Source: Thermoplasmata archaeon
Lineage (GTDB): Archaea; Thermoplasmatota; SW-10-69-26; JACQPN01; JAJPHT01
DNA: 39,386 nucleotides
Assembly (NCBI GenBank): GCA_034667685.1
Contig: JAXDQU010000020.1
Coordinates: 1 to 39,386 of the forward strand
Direction: 5' to 3'
In this document: in pieces, positions 25,443 to 33,651 of the stretch
Layout: each line of letters begins with the position of its first letter
Position numbering within the stretch: the first letter of the stretch is position 1
Program-made: the position numbers and the translations under genes
The notes under the pieces: model-generated
Told to the model about the DNA's origin: nothing
Database searches by the model: none
The model's input: only the letters and a program-made list of their open reading frames with translations

Positions 25443-25707
25443 CAAGGAGAAAGCAGACGTCGCGCGTCGCGAGCTCATCGGGCTCGAGGTGCTGGTCTCT
25501 TCCCGCCACGCGGGATGGGACGGGCTCTCGGGCCTGGTCAGGGACGAGACGATGAACACATTCCTCGTGGAAACGGCCTCGGGCCGCGAGGTCCTGATCC
25601 CCAAGGCGGGACAGGGCTTCGCCTTCCGCGTCGGGGATGCGCGCATCGACATCCGCGGCAACGACATCCGATTCCGACCGGAAGACAGGACCAAAAAACT
25701 GAGGTGA
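25426..25707 (+). CDS. rnp1: Ribonuclease P protein component 1 (Rpp29/Pop4)
   Basis: ELIGLEV, GLVRDETMNT, IPK, RPEDR. Confidence 0.93.
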   Translation: MRSSSNKEKADVARRELIGLEVLVSSRHAGWDGLSGLVRDETMNTFLVETASGREVLIPKAGQGFAFRVGDARIDIRGNDIRFRPEDRTKKLR

Positions 25708-25714
25708 TATCACA

Positions 25715-26095
25715 ATGGCGAAGGCGAGAGACATCGGCGTGGACGTCCAGGCGCCCAAGGCGGACTGCACGGACCCCCACTGCCCCTTCCACGGAGGCTT
25801 CTCCGTGCGCGGCCAGACCATCGAAGGTCAGGTCGTCAGCACGCGCATGGAGCGCTCCGCGCGCGTCCAGCGCGAATACCTGCGTTACGTGCCGAAGTAC
25901 GAGCGGTACGAGAAGCGCACGAGCAGCTACAACGTGCACGCGCCCCCCTGCCTGAACGTGCAGGTCGGCGACCACGTGAAGATCATGGAATGCCGCCCGC
26001 TGAGCAAGACCATCAGCTTCGTCGTCATCGAGGCGAAGCGCGGCCAGCTCAGGCTCGCGGGCGTCGACGCGAGCGTCAAGGAGGAAACCGAATGA
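25715..26095 (+). CDS. rps17: 30S ribosomal protein S17 (uS17)
   Basis: [27 protein letters not shown]. Confidence 0.97.
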   Translation: MAKARDIGVDVQAPKADCTDPHCPFHGGFSVRGQTIEGQVVSTRMERSARVQREYLRYVPKYERYEKRTSSYNVHAPPCLNVQVGDHVKIMECRPLSKTISFVVIEAKRGQLRLAGVDASVKEETE

Positions 26096-26490
26096 AGGGA
26101 CTTGCTGGAAGCCAGACCCGCGGCCTGCCCCTCGGGGCGCGCCTCGACTGCATCGACAACTCCGGCGCGAAGGAGGTCAGCATCATCGCCGTCCCCCGCG
26201 CGGGCGCGCACCACAAGCGCGTCGCGTCGGGCGGCGTGGGCGACTACCTCGTCGTGTCCGTCAAGAAGGGCACCCCCGAGATGCGCCGCCAGGTGCTCAA
26301 CGCGGTGATCGTGCGCCAGAGGCGCCCGTTCCGCCGCCCCGACGGCACGTGGGTCCAGTTCGAGGACAACGCGGCCGTCATCGTGGCGCCCAACGGTGAG
26401 ACCAAGGGCAGCGACATCAAGGGCCCCGTGGCCCGCGAGGCTGCCGAGCGCTGGCCCCGCATCGCGGCCACCGCCAGCCAGATCGTCTGA
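26092..26490 (+). CDS. rpl14: 50S ribosomal protein L14 (uL14)
   Basis: [27 protein letters not shown]. Confidence 0.97.
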   Translation: MKGLAGSQTRGLPLGARLDCIDNSGAKEVSIIAVPRAGAHHKRVASGGVGDYLVVSVKKGTPEMRRQVLNAVIVRQRRPFRRPDGTWVQFEDNAAVIVAPNGETKGSDIKGPVAREAAERWPRIAATASQIV

Positions 26491-26503
26491 AGGTGACCGA
26501 AGC

Positions 26504-26938
26504 ATGTCCACGCAACCCAGGAAGGAGCGCAAGGCGCTCTACAACGCGCCGGTGCACGAGCGCCGCGCGCGCATTGCCAGCCACCTCGACGAGCCGCTGC
26601 TCCTGAAGTACGGCACGCGCAGCGCGACGCTGCGCGTCGGCGACACCGTCCGCGTCATGCGCGGCGAGTACGCCGGTACGACGGGCCGGATCCTCGAGGT
26701 CAACAGCCGCTCTGGCAAGGTCACGGTGGATGGCGTCACGGTCACCAAGGCCGATGCGACCCAGAAGCCCCGCGCCGTCGATCCGAGCAACCTCGTGATC
26801 ACGAAGCTCGACCTTTCCGACCCCAAGCGCCGCGCGAAGCTGGGCGCGTCCGAGGCGGACGCCACGCCCGCGCAGCCCAAGCCGAAGAAGGCCAAGAAGG
26901 CCCAGACTGAGGAAGAAGAAGCCCCGGAGGCCGCCTGA
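26504..26938 (+). CDS. rpl24: 50S ribosomal protein L24 (uL24)
   Basis: QPRKERKALYNAP, GDTVRVMRG KOW motif. Confidence 0.96.
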   Translation: MSTQPRKERKALYNAPVHERRARIASHLDEPLLLKYGTRSATLRVGDTVRVMRGEYAGTTGRILEVNSRSGKVTVDGVTVTKADATQKPRAVDPSNLVITKLDLSDPKRRAKLGASEADATPAQPKPKKAKKAQTEEEEAPEAA

Positions 26939-27654
26939 TGTCCCTCCACATGAAGAGGCTCGCGTCCCCGCGCGCCTGGAAGATCCCCAAGAAGTCGAGC
27001 ACGTGGGTGCCCAAGCCCATCGCGGGCAAGCACGCCGCGGACCGCAGCATCCCGCTGGGCATCGCCCTGCGCGACTACCTCGGCGTCGTCGACACGATGA
27101 CCGAGGCCAAGCGCGTGATCGGCAACCGCGAGATCCTGCTCGACGGCCGCGTCGCGACGAGCCACAAGGTCCCCGTGGGCCTCATGGACGTCCTCTCGCT
27201 GCCCAAGCTCCAGAAGCACTACCGCACCGTGATCGACGGCCACGGCCGCGTCGCGCTCGCGGAGATCCCGGCCGCCCAGGCGGCCTGGAAGCTCTGCCGC
27301 GTCCAGGACAAGACGACCGTCTCCGGCGGCCGCCTCCAGCTCAACCTCCACGACGGCCGCAACCTCATCGTGAAGGAGACGGGCTACAAGACGGGCGACG
27401 TGGTCAAGCTCGCGATCCCCGACCAGGAGATCAAGGGCCACTACGCGTTCGGCCAGGGCATGACCGCGCTGATCACCGGCGGCGCCCACGTGGGCGAGTT
27501 CGCCAAGGTCGGCGCCGAGGAGACCATCCGCTCCCCGCGCCCCAACCTCGTCGCGCTCACGTCCGGCTCGGCGTCCTACTCGACGGTGAAGCCGTACGTC
27601 TTCCTCGTGGGCAAGGACAAGCCCGAGATCCAGCTTCCCGAGGTGAGCGCCTGA
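26938..27654 (+). CDS. rps4e: 30S ribosomal protein S4e
   Basis: HMKRLASPRAWKI, PVGLMDV, QLNLHDGRN. Confidence 0.97.
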   Translation: MSLHMKRLASPRAWKIPKKSSTWVPKPIAGKHAADRSIPLGIALRDYLGVVDTMTEAKRVIGNREILLDGRVATSHKVPVGLMDVLSLPKLQKHYRTVIDGHGRVALAEIPAAQAAWKLCRVQDKTTVSGGRLQLNLHDGRNLIVKETGYKTGDVVKLAIPDQEIKGHYAFGQGMTALITGGAHVGEFAKVGAEETIRSPRPNLVALTSGSASYSTVKPYVFLVGKDKPEIQLPEVSA

Positions 27655-28172
27655 TGGCCGCCACCGCGAATCCGATGCTGAAGCCCCGGATCATCAAGGT
27701 CGTCGTCAACATCGGCGTCGGCGAGGGCGGCGACAAGCTCCAGAAGGCGGAGAAGGTGCTCGAGATGGTCACGCAGGCGAAGCCCGCGCGCACGCTCTCG
27801 AAGGTCACCAACCGCGACTGGAACCTCCGCCTGGGCGCGCCCATCGGCGTGCGCACCACGCTGCGCGGCGAGGCCGCCAGCGCGTTCCTGCGCAAGGCGC
27901 TGGACATCCGCCAGTTCAAGGTCCCCGACTACTCGTTCGACGACGGCGGGAACCTCAACCTCGGCATCCCCGACTACACCGACTTCCCGGGCATGAAGTA
28001 CGACCCGGAGATCGGCATCTTCGGCATGAACGTCGCCGTGGTCATCGAGCGCCCGGGCGGCCGCGTCGCGCGCCGCCGCCTCGAGTCCCGCAAGGTCGCG
28101 CGCCACCACAAGGTGTCGCGCGAAGAGGCGATGGACCTGATGCGCGAGCAGTTCAACGTCGAGGTGATCTAA
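27654..28172 (+). CDS. rpl5: 50S ribosomal protein L5 (uL5)
   Basis: [29 protein letters not shown]. Confidence 0.97.
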   Translation: MAATANPMLKPRIIKVVVNIGVGEGGDKLQKAEKVLEMVTQAKPARTLSKVTNRDWNLRLGAPIGVRTTLRGEAASAFLRKALDIRQFKVPDYSFDDGGNLNLGIPDYTDFPGMKYDPEIGIFGMNVAVVIERPGGRVARRRLESRKVARHHKVSREEAMDLMREQFNVEVI

Positions 28173-28173
28173 G

Positions 28174-28326
28174 ATGGTCAGCCACGAGATCTTCGGACGC
28201 GGCGTGAGCAACCAGTGCGTGCGCTGCGGCCGGAAGCGGGGCATCATCCGGCGCTATCAGATCTTCATGTGCCGGCAGTGCTTCCGCGAGGCAGCGCCCG
28301 AACTGGGATTCAAGAAGTATTCCTGA
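28174..28326 (+). CDS. rps14: 30S ribosomal protein S14 (uS14, Zn-binding)
   Basis: Translated by hand: [50 protein letters not shown]; below the ORF-track cutoff. Confidence 0.96.
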   Translation: MVSHEIFGRGVSNQCVRCGRKRGIIRRYQIFMCRQCFREAAPELGFKKYS

Positions 28327-28336
28327 GGTGGAGAAG

Positions 28337-28726
28337 ATGCTCAACGATCCTCTCGCCGATGCGCTCACCCTCATCAAGAACGCCGAGAAGGCGGGCAAGC
28401 TGGAATGCGAGGTTCGCCCCGCGTCCAAGCTGGTTGGCCACGTCCTCAAGGTCATGTCGGAGACCGGCTACATCGGTCCCTTCGAGTTCGTCGATGACAC
28501 CACGGGTGGCCGCTTCCGCGTCAAGCTGAACGGCAACATCAACAACTGCGGCGTCATCAAGCCGCGCCATGCGATCAAGAAGACCGACTTCGAGAAGTGG
28601 GAGTCCCGCTATCTTCCCGCGCAGGGCTTTGGCTCGCTGATCGTCACGACGACGAGCGGCGTGCTCAGCCACGAGAACGCGAAGGAGATCGGCACGGGCG
28701 GCAAGCTTCTCGCCTACGTGTACTGA
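28337..28726 (+). CDS. rps8: 30S ribosomal protein S8 (uS8)
   Basis: [29 protein letters not shown]. Confidence 0.97.
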   Translation: MLNDPLADALTLIKNAEKAGKLECEVRPASKLVGHVLKVMSETGYIGPFEFVDDTTGGRFRVKLNGNINNCGVIKPRHAIKKTDFEKWESRYLPAQGFGSLIVTTTSGVLSHENAKEIGTGGKLLAYVY

Positions 28727-28737
28727 ACGCCTGGTCA

Positions 28738-28773
28738 GGGCGGCGCCCCGCGCGTCGCCCTCGAATTCTTTTC
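28738..28773 (+). terminator. Putative terminator after rps8
   Basis: gggcggcgc..gcgtcgccc hairpin followed by ttctttt. Confidence 0.5.
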
Positions 28774-28821
28774 TGATCTCTCGTTCGATAGCGGACGCGC
28801 CGGATCGTGGCTCGCTCCTTG

Positions 28822-29014
28822 CACGAAGGCCGAAGAGCCGAGGCCTCCGAAGAAGCGCGTTGGGTTGGGCGCGCTCCGCGCGGAAAACATCGGAATCTCC
28901 GGATCACGGAATCTCCGCGTGGTTCGGTGATTCGGAGATTCGGTGGTTTCCCCGCCGGAGGCGGCCCGCCCGCACGAGCCTCGCGTGGGAGGCCTCGGCT
29001 CTTCGGCCTTCGTG
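28822..29014. mobile_element. Composite palindromic element, copy 1 (MITE/REP-like, 27-bp perfect terminal inverted repeats)
   Basis: cacgaaggccgaagagccgaggcctcc (28822-28848) / ggaggcctcggctcttcggccttcgtg (28988-29014), with a nested central hairpin of 8-bp units. Confidence 0.7.
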
Positions 29015-29219
29015 TGATCGTCGCCCCGGGTTCCTCGGGTGCCACGGGAGCCCCGGGAGCAGCCGCGCAGCGCGGTGAGTTCGCCACACGCAGACCCGCC
29101 CACCATAGCCTTAACTAGGGGGTCCGCCTTCGCCGGCTCACCGGTCACAGCTCCGTCCTGCAGACGCCCACCGCAAACGGGCGTCGTAAGGGCACTGTTT
29201 CCACGAGGTGAACCGATCT

Positions 29220-29756
29220 ATGGTGAGTCCAGAATCCCATGAGGTCATCCACGTCCCGCAGGGCGTCACGGTGACCATCACCGGTTCCAGCCTGAAGGTG
29301 AAGGGCAAGAACGGCGAGCTGTCTCGCGCCTTCCCCGGGCAGGGAATCAACCTGAAGAGAGAGGGCAACGACGTCGTCGTCCACGCCGATCTCCCGCGCA
29401 AGAAGACCCGCGCGCTCGTCGGGACCTACGCCGCCCACATCCGCAACATGGTGCGGGGCGCGACGGAGAACTACGAGTACAAGATGAAGATCTGCTTCAG
29501 CCACTTCCCCATCAAGACCAAGATCACCGGGGACCAGTTCGTCATCGAGAACTTCCTCGGTGAGCGCACCCCCCGCCGCGCCCGCATCATGGGCGCGACC
29601 AAGGTCAAGGTCGCGGGCGAAGAGATCTCGCTGACCGGCCCGAACGTGGAGGACGTCTCGCAGACGGCCGCCAACATCGAGCAGGCCACGACGATCCGCG
29701 GGTTCGACATCCGCGTGTTCCAGGACGGCATCTACATCACGAGCAAGGGGGCCTGA
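29220..29756 (+). CDS. rpl6: 50S ribosomal protein L6 (uL6)
   Basis: HFP, IENFLGE, QTAANIEQ, DIRVFQDGIYI; GAGGTGA SD. Confidence 0.97.
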   Translation: MVSPESHEVIHVPQGVTVTITGSSLKVKGKNGELSRAFPGQGINLKREGNDVVVHADLPRKKTRALVGTYAAHIRNMVRGATENYEYKMKICFSHFPIKTKITGDQFVIENFLGERTPRRARIMGATKVKVAGEEISLTGPNVEDVSQTAANIEQATTIRGFDIRVFQDGIYITSKGA

Positions 29757-29760
29757 TATC

Positions 29761-30516
29761 ATCGCGACGAAGGAAGAATTCGTTGAGGAAGTCAGCAAGC
29801 TCCCCGGCGTGTCGAAGAAGGCCGCCGAAGCGCTCTACGACGCCGGCATCACCTCCGTGGACGACCTGAAGGGGAAGTCCGCCGAGGAGCTCATGGCGGT
29901 CAAGGGCATCGGCCAGAAGACGGCCGACGCGATCATCGCCGGCCTCGCCGGCGGCGCCGAAGGCGCTGCCGAGCAGAAGCCCGACGAGATCGCGGTCGTC
30001 GAGAGCAAGAAGACCAAGGGCAAGGACGCCAAGGCCAAGAAGAAGGCCGAGAAGGGCGAGCCGGAAGCCAAGCCCGAGGTCGTCGAGCCCGAGGCCGCGT
30101 ACCGCGTCAAGATCAAGGCCGAGGTCAGCCCCGAGGTCAAGCGCGCGCTCGAAGTGCGCGCCATCCGCCTCGACCAGCAGCCCGCGTTCCGCAAGTACCA
30201 CTGGTGGTACAGCGGCGGCCGCGTGAAGGAAGCCTGGCGCGCCCCCAAGGGCGAGCTGAGCAAGCAGCGCCGCGGCTTCAAGTACCGCCCGCCGCGCGTG
30301 AAGGTCGGCTACGGCAAGCCCGCGCTCTCGCGCTACCTGCACCCCTCGGGATTCGAGGAGGTCATGGTGGCCAACCCCGACCAGCTCGCGCTCGTCGTGG
30401 ACCCCAAGACCCAGGCGGCCCGCATCCAGGGCGGCGTGGGCAAGAAGAAGGCCAAGGCCATCGAGGCGGCGGCTGCCGAGAAGAACATCCGCATCCTCAA
30501 CCCCCGGAGGACCTAA
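29761..30516 (+). CDS. rpl32e: 50S ribosomal protein L32e with N-terminal helix-hairpin-helix domain (start probably non-canonical ATC at 29761)
   Basis: WRAPKG..SKQRR, GYGKP, LHPSGFEEV, RILNP; HhH motif KLPGVSKKAAEAL begins upstream of the GTG at 29809. Confidence 0.93.
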   Translation: MATKEEFVEEVSKLPGVSKKAAEALYDAGITSVDDLKGKSAEELMAVKGIGQKTADAIIAGLAGGAEGAAEQKPDEIAVVESKKTKGKDAKAKKKAEKGEPEAKPEVVEPEAAYRVKIKAEVSPEVKRALEVRAIRLDQQPAFRKYHWWYSGGRVKEAWRAPKGELSKQRRGFKYRPPRVKVGYGKPALSRYLHPSGFEEVMVANPDQLALVVDPKTQAARIQGGVGKKKAKAIEAAAAEKNIRILNPRRT

Positions 30517-30518
30517 TC

Positions 30519-30974
30519 ATGTCTGATCTGCGCAACCAGCGCCGGCTGGCGGCGGCGGTCCTGAAGTGCGGCGAAGGCCGCGTCTGGATCGACCCGCTCC
30601 ACGCCGACGCCGTCGCCGAGGCGGTCACCCGCCAGGACGTCCGCGGCCTCGTCCGCAAGGGCTACGTGAAGGCCCACCAGAAGGCCGGCACGTCGAAGGC
30701 CCGCGCGAGCGTCATCGCGCTCCAGAAGGCGAGCGGCCGCCGCAAGGGTCCGGGCTCCCGCAAGGGCGCCTCGGGCGCTCGCAGCCCGCGCAAGCAGAAG
30801 TGGATCCGGACCATCCGTCCGATCCGCGCGGTGCTCAAGGAGCTGCGCGACGGGAAGAAGCTCACCCCCGCGCTCTACCGCACGTACTACCGCAAGGCGA
30901 AGGGCAACGTGTTCCGCTCCCGCGCGCACCTGCTCTCGCACCTCCGCACCGACGGTGCGATCAAGGAGGAGTAA
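30519..30974 (+). CDS. rpl19e: 50S ribosomal protein L19e
   Basis: QRRLAA.VLKCG..RVWIDP, GRRKGPGSRKG, YRKAKG. Confidence 0.97.
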   Translation: MSDLRNQRRLAAAVLKCGEGRVWIDPLHADAVAEAVTRQDVRGLVRKGYVKAHQKAGTSKARASVIALQKASGRRKGPGSRKGASGARSPRKQKWIRTIRPIRAVLKELRDGKKLTPALYRTYYRKAKGNVFRSRAHLLSHLRTDGAIKEE

Positions 30975-30977
30975 GAC

Positions 30978-31610
30978 ATGGCTCACGGACCGCTCTACCG
31001 CGTCGGCTTCCGCCGCCGCCGCGAGGGCAAGACCGACTACCGCCGCCGCCTCGGGCTCCTGAAGTCCGGGGAGACGCGCGTGGTCGTGCGCACCACCAAC
31101 TCGAACGTGATCGTCCAGTTCGTCAACTACGACGAGACGGGCGACCAGATCGTCGCCTCCGCGGAGGCGCGCGAGCTCAAGGAGATGGGCTACACGGGCG
31201 CGAACAACACGCCCTCGGCCTACCTCACCGGACTCCTGGGCGCCAAGCGCGCCAAGGAAGCCGGCGTCGGGAACGGCGTTCTCGACCTGGGCCGCGCCAA
31301 CCCCCACAAGGGCGGCGTCATATTCGGCGCCCTCAAGGGCGTCATCGACGGCGGCGTCGAGGTCCCGGCCGGGGACGTGTTCCCGGACGAGGCCCGCCTC
31401 CGCGCCGAGCACCTGAAGGAAAAGGCGGCAGCCTTCGCCGCGTCCTACGAGAAGATCGTGGGCAAGCCCCTCCCCCCCAAGGCCGAGAAGCCGAAGGGCA
31501 AGGGCAAGCCCGCGCAGGGCAAGGGCGCCCCCGCGCCGCAGGCGAAGCCTGCCGGCAAGGGCGGCGAGCCGAAGCCCGCGAAGGAGAAGAAGGCCAAGAC
31601 CCCCGAGTAA
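30978..31610 (+). CDS. rpl18: 50S ribosomal protein L18 (uL18) with Lys/Pro-rich tail
   Basis: FRRRREGKTDYRRRL, NTPSAYLTG. Confidence 0.97.
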   Translation: MAHGPLYRVGFRRRREGKTDYRRRLGLLKSGETRVVVRTTNSNVIVQFVNYDETGDQIVASAEARELKEMGYTGANNTPSAYLTGLLGAKRAKEAGVGNGVLDLGRANPHKGGVIFGALKGVIDGGVEVPAGDVFPDEARLRAEHLKEKAAAFAASYEKIVGKPLPPKAEKPKGKGKPAQGKGAPAPQAKPAGKGGEPKPAKEKKAKTPE

Positions 31611-31622
31611 GGAGGCATCTGA

Positions 31623-32306
31623 ATGGCTGAACGAAGGAGAGACGACGACAAGCGCGATCCCCGCGACTGGGTCCCCAAGACCGAGCTCGGGCGCCGCGTG
31701 AAGAGCGGACAGATCACCACGATGAAGCAGGCCCTCGCGACCGGCCTGCCCCTGCGCGAGCCGGAGATCGTGGACGTCCTGCTCCCCAACTGCACGGACG
31801 ACGTCATCGACGTCAACATGGTCCAGCGCATGACCGACTCGGGCCGCCGCGTCCGCTTCCGCATCACCGCGGTCGTGGGCAACTCGGATGGCTACGTCGG
31901 CATCGGCCAGGCCCGCGGCAAGGAGGTCGGCCCTGCGATCCGCAAGGCGATCGACAACGCGAAGCTCGGCATCATCGAGGTCCGCCGCGGCGCGGGCTCC
32001 TGGGAATCGGGCAAGGGCGCCCCGCCCACGTCCGTTCCGTTCAAGGTGATCGGCAAGTGCGGCGCGACGGAAGTCACGCTGATGCCGGCGCCCCAGGGCA
32101 CGGGCCTCGCGACCGGAGACGTCGCCAAGCAGGTGCTGCGCCTCGCGGGCGTCCAGGACGTCTGGAGCTTCGCGCGCGGCCAGACGAAGACGACCATCAA
32201 CTACGCGAAGGCCGTCTTCAACGCGCTCCAGGTCGCCAGCGCCATGCGCATCCAGGAGCACCACAAGGAGAAGCTCTCGATGGTCGAAGGGAGCGTGGTC
32301 CAATGA
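31623..32306 (+). CDS. rps5: 30S ribosomal protein S5 (uS5)
   Basis: WVPKTELGR, VQRMTDSGRR, PAPQGTGL. Confidence 0.97.
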   Translation: MAERRRDDDKRDPRDWVPKTELGRRVKSGQITTMKQALATGLPLREPEIVDVLLPNCTDDVIDVNMVQRMTDSGRRVRFRITAVVGNSDGYVGIGQARGKEVGPAIRKAIDNAKLGIIEVRRGAGSWESGKGAPPTSVPFKVIGKCGATEVTLMPAPQGTGLATGDVAKQVLRLAGVQDVWSFARGQTKTTINYAKAVFNALQVASAMRIQEHHKEKLSMVEGSVVQ

Positions 32307-32857
32307 GCACCGTGCCCCCGCCCTCCACCGAGGCGTCCCGCAACGCGGGGAAGAGCGACCACCGCCGCTCCTCGCAGACGGGCAGCTTCTTCCTCGTGCG
32401 CATCCGCGGCACCGTGAACGTCACGGGCAAGATCTCGGACACGCTCGACATGCTGCACCTCTCGCACCCCAACCACGCCGTGGTCATCCCGAAGACGGAG
32501 AGCTACATGGGCATGGTCAACCGCGTGAAGGACTACGTCGCGTACGGCGACGTCGACGCGACCACGATGGCGGCGCTCATCAAGGCGCGCGGCCGCGCGG
32601 TCGGCGACAAGCCGATCGACGACGCGTTCGTCAAGACCGCGACCGAGAGCAAGTTCGCCACCGTCGACGCCTTCGCCAAGGCCGTCGCGGACGGCAAGGC
32701 CACGCTCAAGGACCTCGGCGAGAACGCCAAGCCGTTCTTCCGCCTCCACCCGCCCACCGGCGGCCACGAGGGCTCGACCAAGAAGCACTACACCGTGAAG
32801 GGCGAGCTGGGCTACCGCGGCAAGGAGATCAACGAGCTCATCAAGAGGATGATCTAA
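32303..32857 (+). CDS. rpl30: 50S ribosomal protein L30 (uL30)
   Basis: VRIRG, KDYVAYG, FRLHPP.GG, GELGYRG..INELIKRM. Confidence 0.96.
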   Translation: MSTVPPPSTEASRNAGKSDHRRSSQTGSFFLVRIRGTVNVTGKISDTLDMLHLSHPNHAVVIPKTESYMGMVNRVKDYVAYGDVDATTMAALIKARGRAVGDKPIDDAFVKTATESKFATVDAFAKAVADGKATLKDLGENAKPFFRLHPPTGGHEGSTKKHYTVKGELGYRGKEINELIKRMI

Positions 32858-32858
32858 G

Positions 32859-33308
32859 ATGGTCGGCTTCAGCAAGAAGCGCAAGTCCTCGAAGCGCCGC
32901 GGCGACCGTGAGATGGGTCGCGGCCGCAAGAAGGGACGCGGCGCCGGTCTGCGCGGCGGCAAGGGCCGCGCGGGCAGCCACAAGCACAAGCGCGTGCACT
33001 ACGCCAAGCTCGACCAGCTCTGGGGCTGGGAGAACCACGGCTTCAAGATCCCGGACGAGGCGCAGAACCTGACGGTCGGCGTCAACGTCTCGGAGCTGGA
33101 CACCGTGCTCCCGCGCCTCGTCGAGATGGGCGAGGCCACCATGGAGAACGGCGTCTACACCATCGACCTCGCGAAGATGGGTGTCGACAAGCTCCTGGGC
33201 TCCGGCCAGGTCCGCTCGAAGATCAAGGTCACGGTCGGCTCCGCGACGGAGCAGGCCAAGGCCAAGATCACCGAGGCGGGCGGGCAGATCCTCGCGCCCG
33301 CGGCCTGA
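32859..33308 (+). CDS. rpl15: 50S ribosomal protein L15 (uL15)
   Basis: RGAGLRGGKGRAG, KLLGSG, AKAKITEAGG. Confidence 0.97.
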   Translation: MVGFSKKRKSSKRRGDREMGRGRKKGRGAGLRGGKGRAGSHKHKRVHYAKLDQLWGWENHGFKIPDEAQNLTVGVNVSELDTVLPRLVEMGEATMENGVYTIDLAKMGVDKLLGSGQVRSKIKVTVGSATEQAKAKITEAGGQILAPAA

Positions 33309-33402
33309 TCGTAGCAGCTTCCCCTGGCCGGCCCGTCGCCGGCCAACCCTTGTTTTTCTCGCTCCAGCCGCCCAGCCCACGGTACGTTCCAGTTCGATCT
33401 TG

Positions 33403-33589
33403 CTGCGGAAGGCCGAAGAGCCGAAGGCTCCGACGCCTCGTCATGCTGGCTCGCGCCGCCTCCGGCGGGAATCAACCCGAATCCCGACGAGAAAAGGCGT
33501 GATTCGGGTCTTCGGGATTCGGGTGATGCCGCGCGGAGCGCGCCCACACAGGGAGCTTCTTCGGAGCGTCCGGTCGCCGGCCTTCGCGG
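33403..33589. mobile_element. Composite palindromic element, copy 2 (inverted relative to copy 1, different central hairpin)
   Basis: Blocks of 17, 15, 18 and 12 nt are exact reverse complements of blocks in 28822-29014, in collinear order. Confidence 0.7.
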
Positions 33590-33651
33590 GGCGGCGACGC
33601 TTCGCGCGATGATCCGATCGCATCATCCGCGCCCAGGAGGACCCGCGTGCG

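Noticed and set aside
28727-29219. Protein-coding ORFs or a self-splicing intron in the rps8-rpl6 gap
   Set aside because: The ORFs are translations of palindromic DNA with atypical codon usage; both flanking genes are complete and no intron core motifs are recognisable
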